Source: Dehalococcoidia bacterium (GTDB lineage: Bacteria > Chloroflexota > Dehalococcoidia > Bin125). From it: 64,000 bases of DNA. The stretch spans positions 131,045-195,044 of the forward strand of contig CBDBPH010000001.1 of NCBI GenBank assembly GCA_965208665.1. The letters are read 5' to 3'. The notes below the pieces were generated by a model. That model was not told where the DNA came from. It was given only the letters and a program-made list of their open reading frames with translations, and made no database searches. The position numbers and the translations under genes are program-made. This document shows, piece after piece, positions 36,808 through 44,407 of the stretch (position 1 is its first letter; each line of letters opens with the position of its first letter).

Positions 36808-37665
36808 ATGCCTGGTGAACTCATTGCGGGTGCTGCCGCAGGCTTGACGAACCCGGCAACTGCGTTGATCGAAAGGGTGTCCGATGCAGTCGGCGGCATC
36901 GCGAGGCCTGCTCAGATTCGTCGTGTCGCTAGGGCTGAGGCCGATGCGAAGGTGATCATGGCCGAAGCGGACATCAAGATCACCGAGATCCAGCAGCGCG
37001 CAGCGCGCCGCTTCATTGAGGAGGAAACGAAGAACCAGATCAACATAGAGAACATTACCCATCAGGCGATACCTCACCTCAATGAAAATGCAGAGCCCGA
37101 GAAGATCGAAGACGACTTTCTCAGGAACTTCTTCGATAAGTCGCGGCTGGTGTCGGACGAACAGATGCAGGAGATCTGGGCCCGCATACTCGCCGGCGAG
37201 GCGAACAACCCGGGAACCTTCGCAAGGAAGACGATCAACATCGTGGCCGATATGGACAAGTCCGACGCCGACCGATTCGCTATCCTCCTCAGTTTTTCCT
37301 GGGTCGTCGGCGGCAACCCGGTGGCCATTGTCTACAACGACGACAGCTATTTCGATGAGAGGGGGATCGATCTAGAGATGTTGGCTGATCAGGAGTCGCT
37401 TGGTCTGATCTCGACGAATTCTCTTCCGTACGGGTTCTACCTCAGCGGGGTATCACTCCGTGCTGCTTACTTCGATAAGTCTGCTCAAATCACTCTGTCA
37501 AACAAAGACAAGAACTTTCTGAGCACGGGCAATGTGTTTCTTACTCCGGCTGGCCGACAGCTCGCATCAATGTGTCGCGTGAGACCGATCGAGGGTTTCT
37601 TTGACTTCATGTGCAGAAGGTGGGAAGAGGACTCGAGCGTAGAGTCGGTCAGGACACTCAACTGA
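36808..37665 (+). CDS. DUF2806-like protein (N-terminal coiled coil), noticeably lower GC than surroundings
   Basis: SDEQMQEIWARILAGEANNPGTFARKTINIVADMDKSDADRF resembles the conserved DUF2806 core; GAGGAGG RBS before ATG at 36808. Confidence 0.45.
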   Translation: MPGELIAGAAAGLTNPATALIERVSDAVGGIARPAQIRRVARAEADAKVIMAEADIKITEIQQRAARRFIEEETKNQINIENITHQAIPHLNENAEPEKIEDDFLRNFFDKSRLVSDEQMQEIWARILAGEANNPGTFARKTINIVADMDKSDADRFAILLSFSWVVGGNPVAIVYNDDSYFDERGIDLEMLADQESLGLISTNSLPYGFYLSGVSLRAAYFDKSAQITLSNKDKNFLSTGNVFLTPAGRQLASMCRVRPIEGFFDFMCRRWEEDSSVESVRTLN

Positions 37666-37685
37666 GTGGCTGAGTGAGGGGAGGG

Positions 37686-37727
37686 GGCCCGTCCCCGAGC
37701 GAGTCGGGGAACGGACGGGGGCTCTGC
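37686..37727 (+). terminator. putative terminator hairpin after DUF2806-like gene
   Basis: Imperfect GC-rich inverted repeat GGGGGCCCGTCCCCGA-GCGAGT-CGGGGAACGGACGGGGGC 20 nt after the stop. Confidence 0.3.
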
Positions 37728-37836
37728 TTGAGGCTTCGATGAGGGGGACGATGTCGTCGAAGTTGGTGGTGGCTCGAACGGTGTCGAGGTCGTAGAAGCG
37801 CTGTAGGGTAGTCGGCTGATGCTTTTGGAGCGCTGA

Positions 37837-38076
37837 GTGAAGACGACCGATCACTTCTGGAAGGCGCGCTTTCTGATGCCCGACCGCGGGCGCATCCAAC
37901 TGCATTGGATTCAGCGAGTAGTGGATCGGCCGCTCCGACGTGAAGTGCAGTCGGATGGCCGAATCCGATGCTGGGGGCGTGTACCGGAACTGGGTGGACG
38001 GGCGCTCAGAGTGGTAATCTTGGCCGACGGCGAGACGGTCCACACTGCGTTCGTCGACGGAAGATTCAGGCCATGA
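37837..38076 (+). CDS. DUF4258-family toxin (type II TA)
   Basis: MKTTDHFWKARFLMPDRGRI... matches the T-DH-x-x-AR-x-x-x-RGI opening of DUF4258; 79 aa; stop overlaps the start of the downstream DUF2283 gene. Confidence 0.55.
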   Translation: MKTTDHFWKARFLMPDRGRIQLHWIQRVVDRPLRREVQSDGRIRCWGRVPELGGRALRVVILADGETVHTAFVDGRFRP

Positions 38077-38270
38077 AGCGGTTCTACTCCAAAGACACCG
38101 ACACGCTCATGTTCGTCTTTTCCGACGAGCGCGTTACTGATTATGTTGATCTGGACTTCCAAACGCTGCTCGAACTGGACTGCGACGGCAATCCCGTTGC
38201 CCTGACCATCGAGCACGCCCGCGAACGCAAGGTGCTGCCAGAGGTCGATTCTGAACGGATTCCCGCCTGA
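38073..38270 (+). CDS. DUF2283-family antitoxin
   Basis: MKRFYSKDTDTLMFVFSDERVTDYVDLDFQTLLELDCDGNPVALTIEHARE is the classic DUF2283 pattern; ATGA overlap with the toxin. Confidence 0.6.
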   Translation: MKRFYSKDTDTLMFVFSDERVTDYVDLDFQTLLELDCDGNPVALTIEHARERKVLPEVDSERIPA

Positions 38271-38720
38271 TTGCGGAGACGATCGATGTTGCGAGCGGTG
38301 GCGGAGCCGGCGGCGATTGAGCGCCTGGCGAGCCAGATCAAGGAGTCGCCGATGGATGAGGTGCGAATGCCGGCGCAAGTCGCCAATCCCGATGCGCCCG
38401 ACCGCTACTGGGAGGCGGATTTCCTGCTCGACAGCGGCGCGAGCGTTTCGGTCGTGCCGGTCGACGTCCTCGAGCGGCTCGGCGTTAGTCCGCGTCGCCT
38501 GGGCCGCTCCTATCTCGCCGATGAGTCGTCGATCGTGCGGCGCGTGGGACTGGCGACGTTTACCGTCGCGGGCGAGACGGAAGACGCGAGCGTCATGTTT
38601 GGCGAGGAGGGCACGGAACCGATCCTCGGCCTGACGGTGCTGCAATCGATGGGGTTTCTCGTTGATCCGCTGCGTGAGCGTCTGCTGCCTCGTTCGGCGC
38701 TCGCGGAGGCGTTGGATTAG
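38271..38720 (+). CDS. retropepsin-like (clan AA) aspartic protease
   Basis: FLLDSGASVSVV carries the D-S-G-A catalytic motif; ~145 aa single-domain bacterial retropepsin-like protein. Confidence 0.55.
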   Translation: MRRRSMLRAVAEPAAIERLASQIKESPMDEVRMPAQVANPDAPDRYWEADFLLDSGASVSVVPVDVLERLGVSPRRLGRSYLADESSIVRRVGLATFTVAGETEDASVMFGEEGTEPILGLTVLQSMGFLVDPLRERLLPRSALAEALD

Positions 38721-38744
38721 GGATCTTCCCGGGACTGGGGTGCT

Positions 38745-39110
38745 GTGGAGGCCCTCACCCCAGCCCTCTCCCTCGGGGAGAGGGGGTCAGAAGGGGCGGG
38801 ATTCCGTAGCGGGGTCGGGAATGAGGGTGAGAGGTGGGTACTGTGGGCGGGTGCCCCCCTCTGTCTCTACGAGACATCTCCCCCCGCTGGCGCGGGGGGA
38901 GAGAAGAAGGGGCGGGTCTCCGGGTTCGAGCGCGGTGGGAGAGGGGAAGGGGCTGGTCCCCGCTCGGGGGTGGGGAACGGGAGGATTCTGCCGTGGGAGG
39001 GGCCCTCACCCCCCGCCTTCGCGGGGGCAGGCTCTAACCCTCTCCCTCGGGGAGAGGGGATTCGCGAGCGGGTCGGGGAGCTGGGAGGGCTCGTGTATCC
39101 TGAGGCGGAT
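38745..39110. repeat. complex array: two full REP-like units (38749-38788, 39000-39062) plus degenerate ~40-45-nt tandem GGGG-rich sub-repeats and additional CCCCGC-N-GCGGGG hairpins
   Basis: Repeated gaaggggc(g/t)gg...cgggg...gggga blocks; the shadow ORF 38745..39116 translates to repetitive GERG/GEGAG peptides. Confidence 0.75.
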
Positions 39111-39127
39111 GGGTGAATGGAGTTGGG

Positions 39128-39835
39128 ATGGTTTCTCCGACGTTTGACACTGGGGGGGCTCCGATCCCCCTGTTGGACCCGGTGACGGATGTTGAGGACG
39201 AGCTTCGGTCTCAACTTCTGATCTCGACGGTGGACAAGGTGTTTGGCTGGGCTCGGCGGTCGTCTCTGTGGCCGGCGATGTTTGGGTTGGCCTGCTGCGC
39301 GATCGAGATGATCGCGACGGCGAACGCTCGCTACGACCTGGCCCGGTTTGGGGCCGAGGTGTTCCGGGCGTCGCCTCGACAGGCGGACCTGATGATCGTG
39401 GCCGGCACGGTGACCTGGAAGATGGCGCCTCCGGTTCGGCGGATCTACCTGCAGATGGCCGAGCCGAAGTGGGTGATCTCGATGGGCTCGTGCTCGAACA
39501 TCGGCGGACCGTTCGCGCACGGCTACTCGACGCTGCCGGGTGTGAACAACATCGTTCCGGTCGACGTCTACGTGCCTGGTTGCCCGCCGCGGCCGGAGTC
39601 GTTGCTGGCCGGTCTGATGCTGCTGCAGCAGGTGATCGACGAGGAGCACGCGAACGGGCATCGCAAGCGTCGACCGGAGCCGACGGGCGACTTCTCGCGG
39701 ATGCTGCCCGAGGGCGACCCGATCCGGCAGGAGCTGGAATCGCTGTTCCCGCCGTACCTGACGGCGGACGGTCAGCCTCGTGACAAGTGGACGGGCGCGC
39801 TGCCGCACGACCAGAACTTCTTCACGAGCCGCTAG
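39128..39835 (+). CDS. nuoB: NADH-quinone oxidoreductase subunit B (NuoB/Nqo6) with ~60-aa C-terminal extension
   Basis: [16 protein letters not shown]...[22 protein letters not shown]...WVISMGSCS...[14 protein letters not shown]: all four [4Fe-4S] N2 cysteine motifs. Confidence 0.8.
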   Translation: MVSPTFDTGGAPIPLLDPVTDVEDELRSQLLISTVDKVFGWARRSSLWPAMFGLACCAIEMIATANARYDLARFGAEVFRASPRQADLMIVAGTVTWKMAPPVRRIYLQMAEPKWVISMGSCSNIGGPFAHGYSTLPGVNNIVPVDVYVPGCPPRPESLLAGLMLLQQVIDEEHANGHRKRRPEPTGDFSRMLPEGDPIRQELESLFPPYLTADGQPRDKWTGALPHDQNFFTSR

Positions 39836-39885
39836 ACGATAGAGCGGGCAAGGCCGCTAGTCGGTTGAGCGGGCAAAGCCGCTAG
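39836..39885. repeat. 25-nt x2 tandem repeat, each unit an AGCGG-N6-CCGCT palindrome ending in TAG
   Basis: acgatagagcgggcaaggccgctag / tcggttgagcgggcaaagccgctag; the nuoB stop context (gagccgctag) is a third partial copy exactly 25 nt upstream. Confidence 0.7.
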
Positions 39886-39897
39886 AGAGACGGGCAC

Positions 39898-40383
39898 ATG
39901 GTCTTCGGCAAGGGCATCGCCAAGGGACTGATGACCGTGGTCAAGCACGTGCGCAAGGCACCGGTGACGGTGCAGTTCCCGGAGGAAGAGCGCAACATCC
40001 CGCCGCGGGCGCGGACGAACCTGGTCTGGTTCGTGGAGCGCTGCACGGGCTGCTCGACGTGCGCGCAGGCCTGTCCCGACGGTTGCATCCTGGTCGACAC
40101 GGAGCCTCGGGAAGACGGCTCGTTCCTGGTCAACCGGTACGAGATCGATTTCCGGCTGTGCATGTACTGCGGCCTATGCGCCGAGGCGTGTCCGTATGAG
40201 GCGATCCAGGTGGGCGGGTCATACACGAACGTCGTGACGAATCCGAATCGTCTGTACAAGGACAAGGGCGACCTGATCGAGCTGGCCAACGAGTATCTGG
40301 AGCAGCACGACTGGGTCTATCCGAACGGTCAGCAGGCGGTGCAGCAGACAGTGCATCCTGAGGAGCGTCGGCAGCACCACTAG
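39898..40383 (+). CDS. nuoI: NADH-quinone oxidoreductase subunit I (NuoI/Nqo9), 2x[4Fe-4S] ferredoxin
   Basis: Two CxxCxxCxxxCP motifs (CTGCSTCAQACP, CMYCGLCAEACP); N-terminus KAPVTVQFPEE like Nqo9. Confidence 0.8.
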   Translation: MVFGKGIAKGLMTVVKHVRKAPVTVQFPEEERNIPPRARTNLVWFVERCTGCSTCAQACPDGCILVDTEPREDGSFLVNRYEIDFRLCMYCGLCAEACPYEAIQVGGSYTNVVTNPNRLYKDKGDLIELANEYLEQHDWVYPNGQQAVQQTVHPEERRQHH

Positions 40384-40395
40384 GGCGTCGGCAGC

Positions 40396-42621
40396 CTAGG
40401 AATCGCAGACATTCGGCGGGATCATAATCTCCAAGTCCGAGATGTTCTGATGCTTCATCTTTAGCGGGATCGCATCTCCTGGGTCGGTAGAAAAGCCATT
40501 CTCTCCAAAGTAGACGTAGCAGAACGGTGTAGAAACCATCAGGATGTGTTCTCCTGGACGGTCGACGGATAGCGCAAAGGAACCGTCGGCTTGAACCTTT
40601 GGATTTGAAGTGAACCACGAGTAGTAGATTCCAACGAACGATTCGCTAGCAGGTTCGCCGCGCTCATCGAGCACTCTTCCGCTAATCTGACCGGCGCAGG
40701 CGCCGACGGGAAGCCGCAGTTCCAACTCTCGGCCGGCCAGGTACTGGGCCTCGAAGAGTGTGTCGGCTGAGACCTCGCTCGCGAGTCCTGTGCCGTCGAA
40801 CGCATAGATGCAATCCTCGAACCTGACTCGCAAGCGGTACTTGTCCGCCTCGGGAAGTCTCAGACTGAACGTCCCATCGGAGCGAGTCCATTGGTATGTC
40901 GTACCTTCATCTCTTCTGGCCGATACAGACAGCGCGCTGACCGGAGCGCCCTGCGCATTCACTACTCTCCCAGTGATCCGGTGGTGGCAGAGATCCACGG
41001 GCAGTTGGACCGATATGCTCAAATCTTCATTGCCGACCGCGATTGTCTCAGCCGATCGCTGCTTCAGCATGAGTCCGGACTGGGCGTAGTAGACATTGCA
41101 ACCCTCAACCGTGACCAGTAACAGGTAGCCACCCGGCTCAACAAACGCGCTGACCGTGCCGTCCTGCCAGGTACGGGTCCGAATCGCAGTTTGCTCACTC
41201 GAGCGTGGATTCAGGGTCAATCTCACGTCGGCCAGGGATTCTCCATCCGAGCCAAGCATCGTCATGCTGACCAAGCTTTTTCGAGTCGCGCCCTGGCTCC
41301 TCGCCTCTGCGCGATGGCATGTGGCACTGAGGTCGGCCACGCCCAGGGTTTCGGCCACCAGGTGAGCTAATGACGGCACGAACTGCGACAGCTCGATTCG
41401 GTTGCTGATGCCGGAGTAGCTCTGGCCACGTAGGCCGAACCAGTAGAGGACGCCCTCGGCCCAGTACTCGGCTGAGTTGGTCATCGCGTATGTTCCCTCC
41501 AGCCACCCGGCCTCTCGAGCCTGCCGGTAAGACTGAACGAGGGCGCTGCGGAAGCTGCCTGAGCTGGATCCTCGGCTAATGGCGAAATCGATTGCGTGGG
41601 CGAACTCGTGAACGGCGACGTCATAGCCGTTGTAGCGATCGCCCTCGTAACAGAGGAGGTTTTCCTCGGGGACCAGCGTCGGGGTGTAGCCGTTCGGACC
41701 AAGACCTCGAGGTCCTCCTGGACCATGTCCCTCTAGTTCAATTCGATCTCGATACTGCCGATAAGGAGCCAGATCAAAGGTCTGTTCGGACTCGCCGACG
41801 ACGACGATGTGTTCGCGTCTCCTGATCAGCGTCTCGCGGACATCGGGACGGTTGACGAGTAGTTCGTCGACGATAGCGGCGGCGCGGAAGAGCGCCTCGT
41901 CGGCGACGTTTTCCGTGGCCATGATCGCCAGTCCGTCGGCGTCTAGGTACTTATCGAATGTGGCGTACCAGCGCAGATGGTCTGGCGGCGGTCCGAGCGG
42001 ATAGAGCGCGCGATCGCCGCTCGGTTGCAACCAGCTCGCTTCGGTCGTGTTGAAGACCCAGAGGCCGTCGCCGCGGCGCAGCTGGTGTTGGGGTCCGGGG
42101 GCTGGACGGGAGCCAGCCTGATAGAGCGCGAGTTCGCCACTATCGGGAGTGGAGTAGAGGGCCTGCGTGAATGACGCGCCGATGGACCGGACTGCCAGGT
42201 CGATCGGCGTGCCGCTCGGGCCAGTCCAGGCGACGAGGTTTGGCCCCGGCTTGAGCGCGACCCACTCGCCGTCGGCGACCGTCGGTTGATGCCACTCGAC
42301 CGGCTGCTCGCCGGCGATGCGGACGATCAGGCCCATTCCGGGCTCGATCGCGCTGAGGGTCGCAGAAAATCCGGGGGTGGAGAAGCGGTAACGGGCGTCG
42401 TCGGCGTCCCAGGTGTAGATAAGTTCCGCGTTCGGGATCTGGTCGAACAGCGCTTGCGGCGTGGTTGCGAAGCCGACCCAGCCGATCAGATTGTCCCCGG
42501 GGTGAAGCGTTCTGCTTGCCGGCGGAGACTCTTCACCAGCGACGAGTATCTGGGTCAGCAGCAGGGTGGCGAGCAGCGCGGAGAGGATAGTCGCGAGGCG
42601 TACGAGCCGACGCTGGCGCAT
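40396..42621 (-). CDS. secreted zinc metalloprotease with MtfA(M90)/ATLF-like gluzincin domain and three carboxypeptidase-regulatory-like beta-sandwich repeats
   Basis: Signal peptide MRQRRLVRLATILSALLATLLL; HEFAHAIDF (HExxH) with downstream NSAEYWAEG (third zinc ligand Glu as in MtfA/anthrax-LF-like fold). C-terminal repeats ITGRVVNAQGAPV / ISGRVLDERGEPA. ATG at 42621. Confidence 0.6.
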   Translation of the reverse strand: MRQRRLVRLATILSALLATLLLTQILVAGEESPPASRTLHPGDNLIGWVGFATTPQALFDQIPNAELIYTWDADDARYRFSTPGFSATLSAIEPGMGLIVRIAGEQPVEWHQPTVADGEWVALKPGPNLVAWTGPSGTPIDLAVRSIGASFTQALYSTPDSGELALYQAGSRPAPGPQHQLRRGDGLWVFNTTEASWLQPSGDRALYPLGPPPDHLRWYATFDKYLDADGLAIMATENVADEALFRAAAIVDELLVNRPDVRETLIRRREHIVVVGESEQTFDLAPYRQYRDRIELEGHGPGGPRGLGPNGYTPTLVPEENLLCYEGDRYNGYDVAVHEFAHAIDFAISRGSSSGSFRSALVQSYRQAREAGWLEGTYAMTNSAEYWAEGVLYWFGLRGQSYSGISNRIELSQFVPSLAHLVAETLGVADLSATCHRAEARSQGATRKSLVSMTMLGSDGESLADVRLTLNPRSSEQTAIRTRTWQDGTVSAFVEPGGYLLLVTVEGCNVYYAQSGLMLKQRSAETIAVGNEDLSISVQLPVDLCHHRITGRVVNAQGAPVSALSVSARRDEGTTYQWTRSDGTFSLRLPEADKYRLRVRFEDCIYAFDGTGLASEVSADTLFEAQYLAGRELELRLPVGACAGQISGRVLDERGEPASESFVGIYYSWFTSNPKVQADGSFALSVDRPGEHILMVSTPFCYVYFGENGFSTDPGDAIPLKMKHQNISDLEIMIPPNVCDS

Positions 42622-42664
42622 TATCGGGGCTCCAGAGTTCGTCCTGGCGTCCACTGGTCGTGCG

Positions 42665-43549
42665 TCACGACGGCTTTGGCAAACAGACGATTCCCCACGA
42701 GGCGGACTCGCCGGCGGTGATCGACAGTGTCGGGGTGATCCCAATTCCGTGCTCGCCGGTCAGCTCATACTCGACTTCGCCGGACCAGGTCGCCGCTGAG
42801 ACATCGACGAGGGTCAGTTCGCGGAGCGCAACCTTGAACTGCGTCTCGCCGCCGTCATCGGCGAAGTTGCCGGTCACGTCGATTCGACAGGTGTATACGT
42901 CGGGAATCGCGGAAATCATCGCGGTTCCAGAACCCCGACCGGAGGAAGAGGAGAGGTTGCCCCGAGGCTCATCGTTCAATGTCACGGTGAGCTGGATCGT
43001 GCTGCGAGAGCCTCGGTCAGCACGACCGAGTTCGGCGCGGCGGTCGCACTTGAGCGACCACTCGCTCGCCGGCGCCGCTTGCAACCTGACGTCGACCAGG
43101 CTGGTTGCCGTCTGCGCACTGCCGGCCAAGAGCAGGTCGAAGTTCGTCGTCCAGTCCGATTGCGTCGTGTCGACGAGCGCCGGATTCAGCGGCTCACGGC
43201 TGACGAAGTGGATCCGAAACGGAGCCGCCTGTTCACCCTGCACGTTGCCTTGCAGATCGATGCTGCATCGGTACAGGCCGGCCGCAAGCTCATGCTCGAC
43301 CTGGGCATCACCGGAGCCGCTCATCTGGAACGACTCGGGGGCGGTGACGGCGGGAGCGTCTCTCTGGGCGTCCGTGGTGAGGTTGGCCAACTCGGACTGC
43401 TGTTGTACTTCAGCGATGGGTGCACTACGGCGTTCGACCGACGGTTCGGGTTGCGTCAGCGGTTCCGAGCGTTCCCGGGGCGTGGCACAGGCGACCAGCG
43501 TGGCGGCGGAGAGCGCGAAGATGGCGAGCGCGATCTTTGTGAGCTTCAC
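42665..43549 (-). CDS. lipoprotein with internal tandem duplication, unknown function
   Basis: Lipobox LVAC; two related modules (GLYRCSIDLQGNVQGE... and DVYTCRIDVTGNFADDGGE...); 43 nt upstream of the metalloprotease gene on the same strand. Confidence 0.5.
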   Translation of the reverse strand: MKLTKIALAIFALSAATLVACATPRERSEPLTQPEPSVERRSAPIAEVQQQSELANLTTDAQRDAPAVTAPESFQMSGSGDAQVEHELAAGLYRCSIDLQGNVQGEQAAPFRIHFVSREPLNPALVDTTQSDWTTNFDLLLAGSAQTATSLVDVRLQAAPASEWSLKCDRRAELGRADRGSRSTIQLTVTLNDEPRGNLSSSSGRGSGTAMISAIPDVYTCRIDVTGNFADDGGETQFKVALRELTLVDVSAATWSGEVEYELTGEHGIGITPTLSITAGESASWGIVCLPKPS

Positions 43550-43601
43550 GAGGAGCGCCAGACTTCCTGAACGCGTGTCCGCAGATTGGCGAGCCGCCGA
43601 C

Positions 43602-44294
43602 TTAGTCCGCCTCCGTGCGCTCTTCGTCGACGATCGCCCAGACCTCGGTCATGTCGACCGTTAGGCCTTCGAGCGTGGATTCGCCCGAGAGCGTGGCCGG
43701 GCGCTCGAGCCGTTCAGGGTCTTGATTCGGGCGGTAGATCCAGACTGTCTGGTCGAGCGGGTCGACGAGCCAGCCGAGCTCGACGCCGAATGTCAGCCAG
43801 TGCTCCATCCGCTGTCGTTGTGCGGACTGAGAGTCGGACGGAGAGCGAACCTCGATGACGAATGTCGGACAGACACGCCAAAAGCCCCGCCGTGGTCGAT
43901 CCTCGGCTTGAAGCGACGCGATCAGCTCCGGGCTGATCCACGAGCAATCGGGCGCCCAGGTGCGCTCGCCGAGATCGGGGTGGCTGAGTTTGTAGGTACC
44001 GTCAGGATCGCGAGCGCGCCCGCCTCCGCCAGCGACTCGCCAGTTGGCAACTTGGCGGCCTAGTTCGATACTGACATCTGAGCTATCGCCCCCCGCGATC
44101 ATCCTCACCTCCAGTTCGGCGTTCGGCCCGAGTTCGATCTTCCAACCTGCGTTGACCTGATTGAGCCGTTCCAGTTCCTCATCGGTCGGGGCGGCCGGCA
44201 TCTGAATGCGCAGGCAAACATCACGCAGTTCGGGTGCGACGAGCAAGGAGTCTGCGGTGGTCTCTACCTTTGTGCGTGCTTCGGCGGTGGTCAT
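43602..44294 (-). CDS. Uma2-family (DUF820) PD-(D/E)xK endonuclease
   Basis: CPTFVIEVRSPSDS...WLVDPLDQTVWIYR matches the Uma2 core (E-V-x-SPS, D, K region). Confidence 0.7.
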   Translation of the reverse strand: MTTAEARTKVETTADSLLVAPELRDVCLRIQMPAAPTDEELERLNQVNAGWKIELGPNAELEVRMIAGGDSSDVSIELGRQVANWRVAGGGGRARDPDGTYKLSHPDLGERTWAPDCSWISPELIASLQAEDRPRRGFWRVCPTFVIEVRSPSDSQSAQRQRMEHWLTFGVELGWLVDPLDQTVWIYRPNQDPERLERPATLSGESTLEGLTVDMTEVWAIVDEERTEAD

Positions 44295-44407
44295 GCTCGC
44301 TCTCCGTTGTCAGGATCGTACACGGCGTGGCAGCTGGTCGAATCGGGGACACCATGCCTACTGATAGACTGCGGCTTGGTTCTGCGTGCCTTGAGCGGGG
44401 AGACGTT

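Noticed and set aside
38745-39110. Possible CRISPR array
   Set aside because: Repeats are degenerate and of unequal length. There are no regularly sized unique spacers. There are no cas genes nearby.
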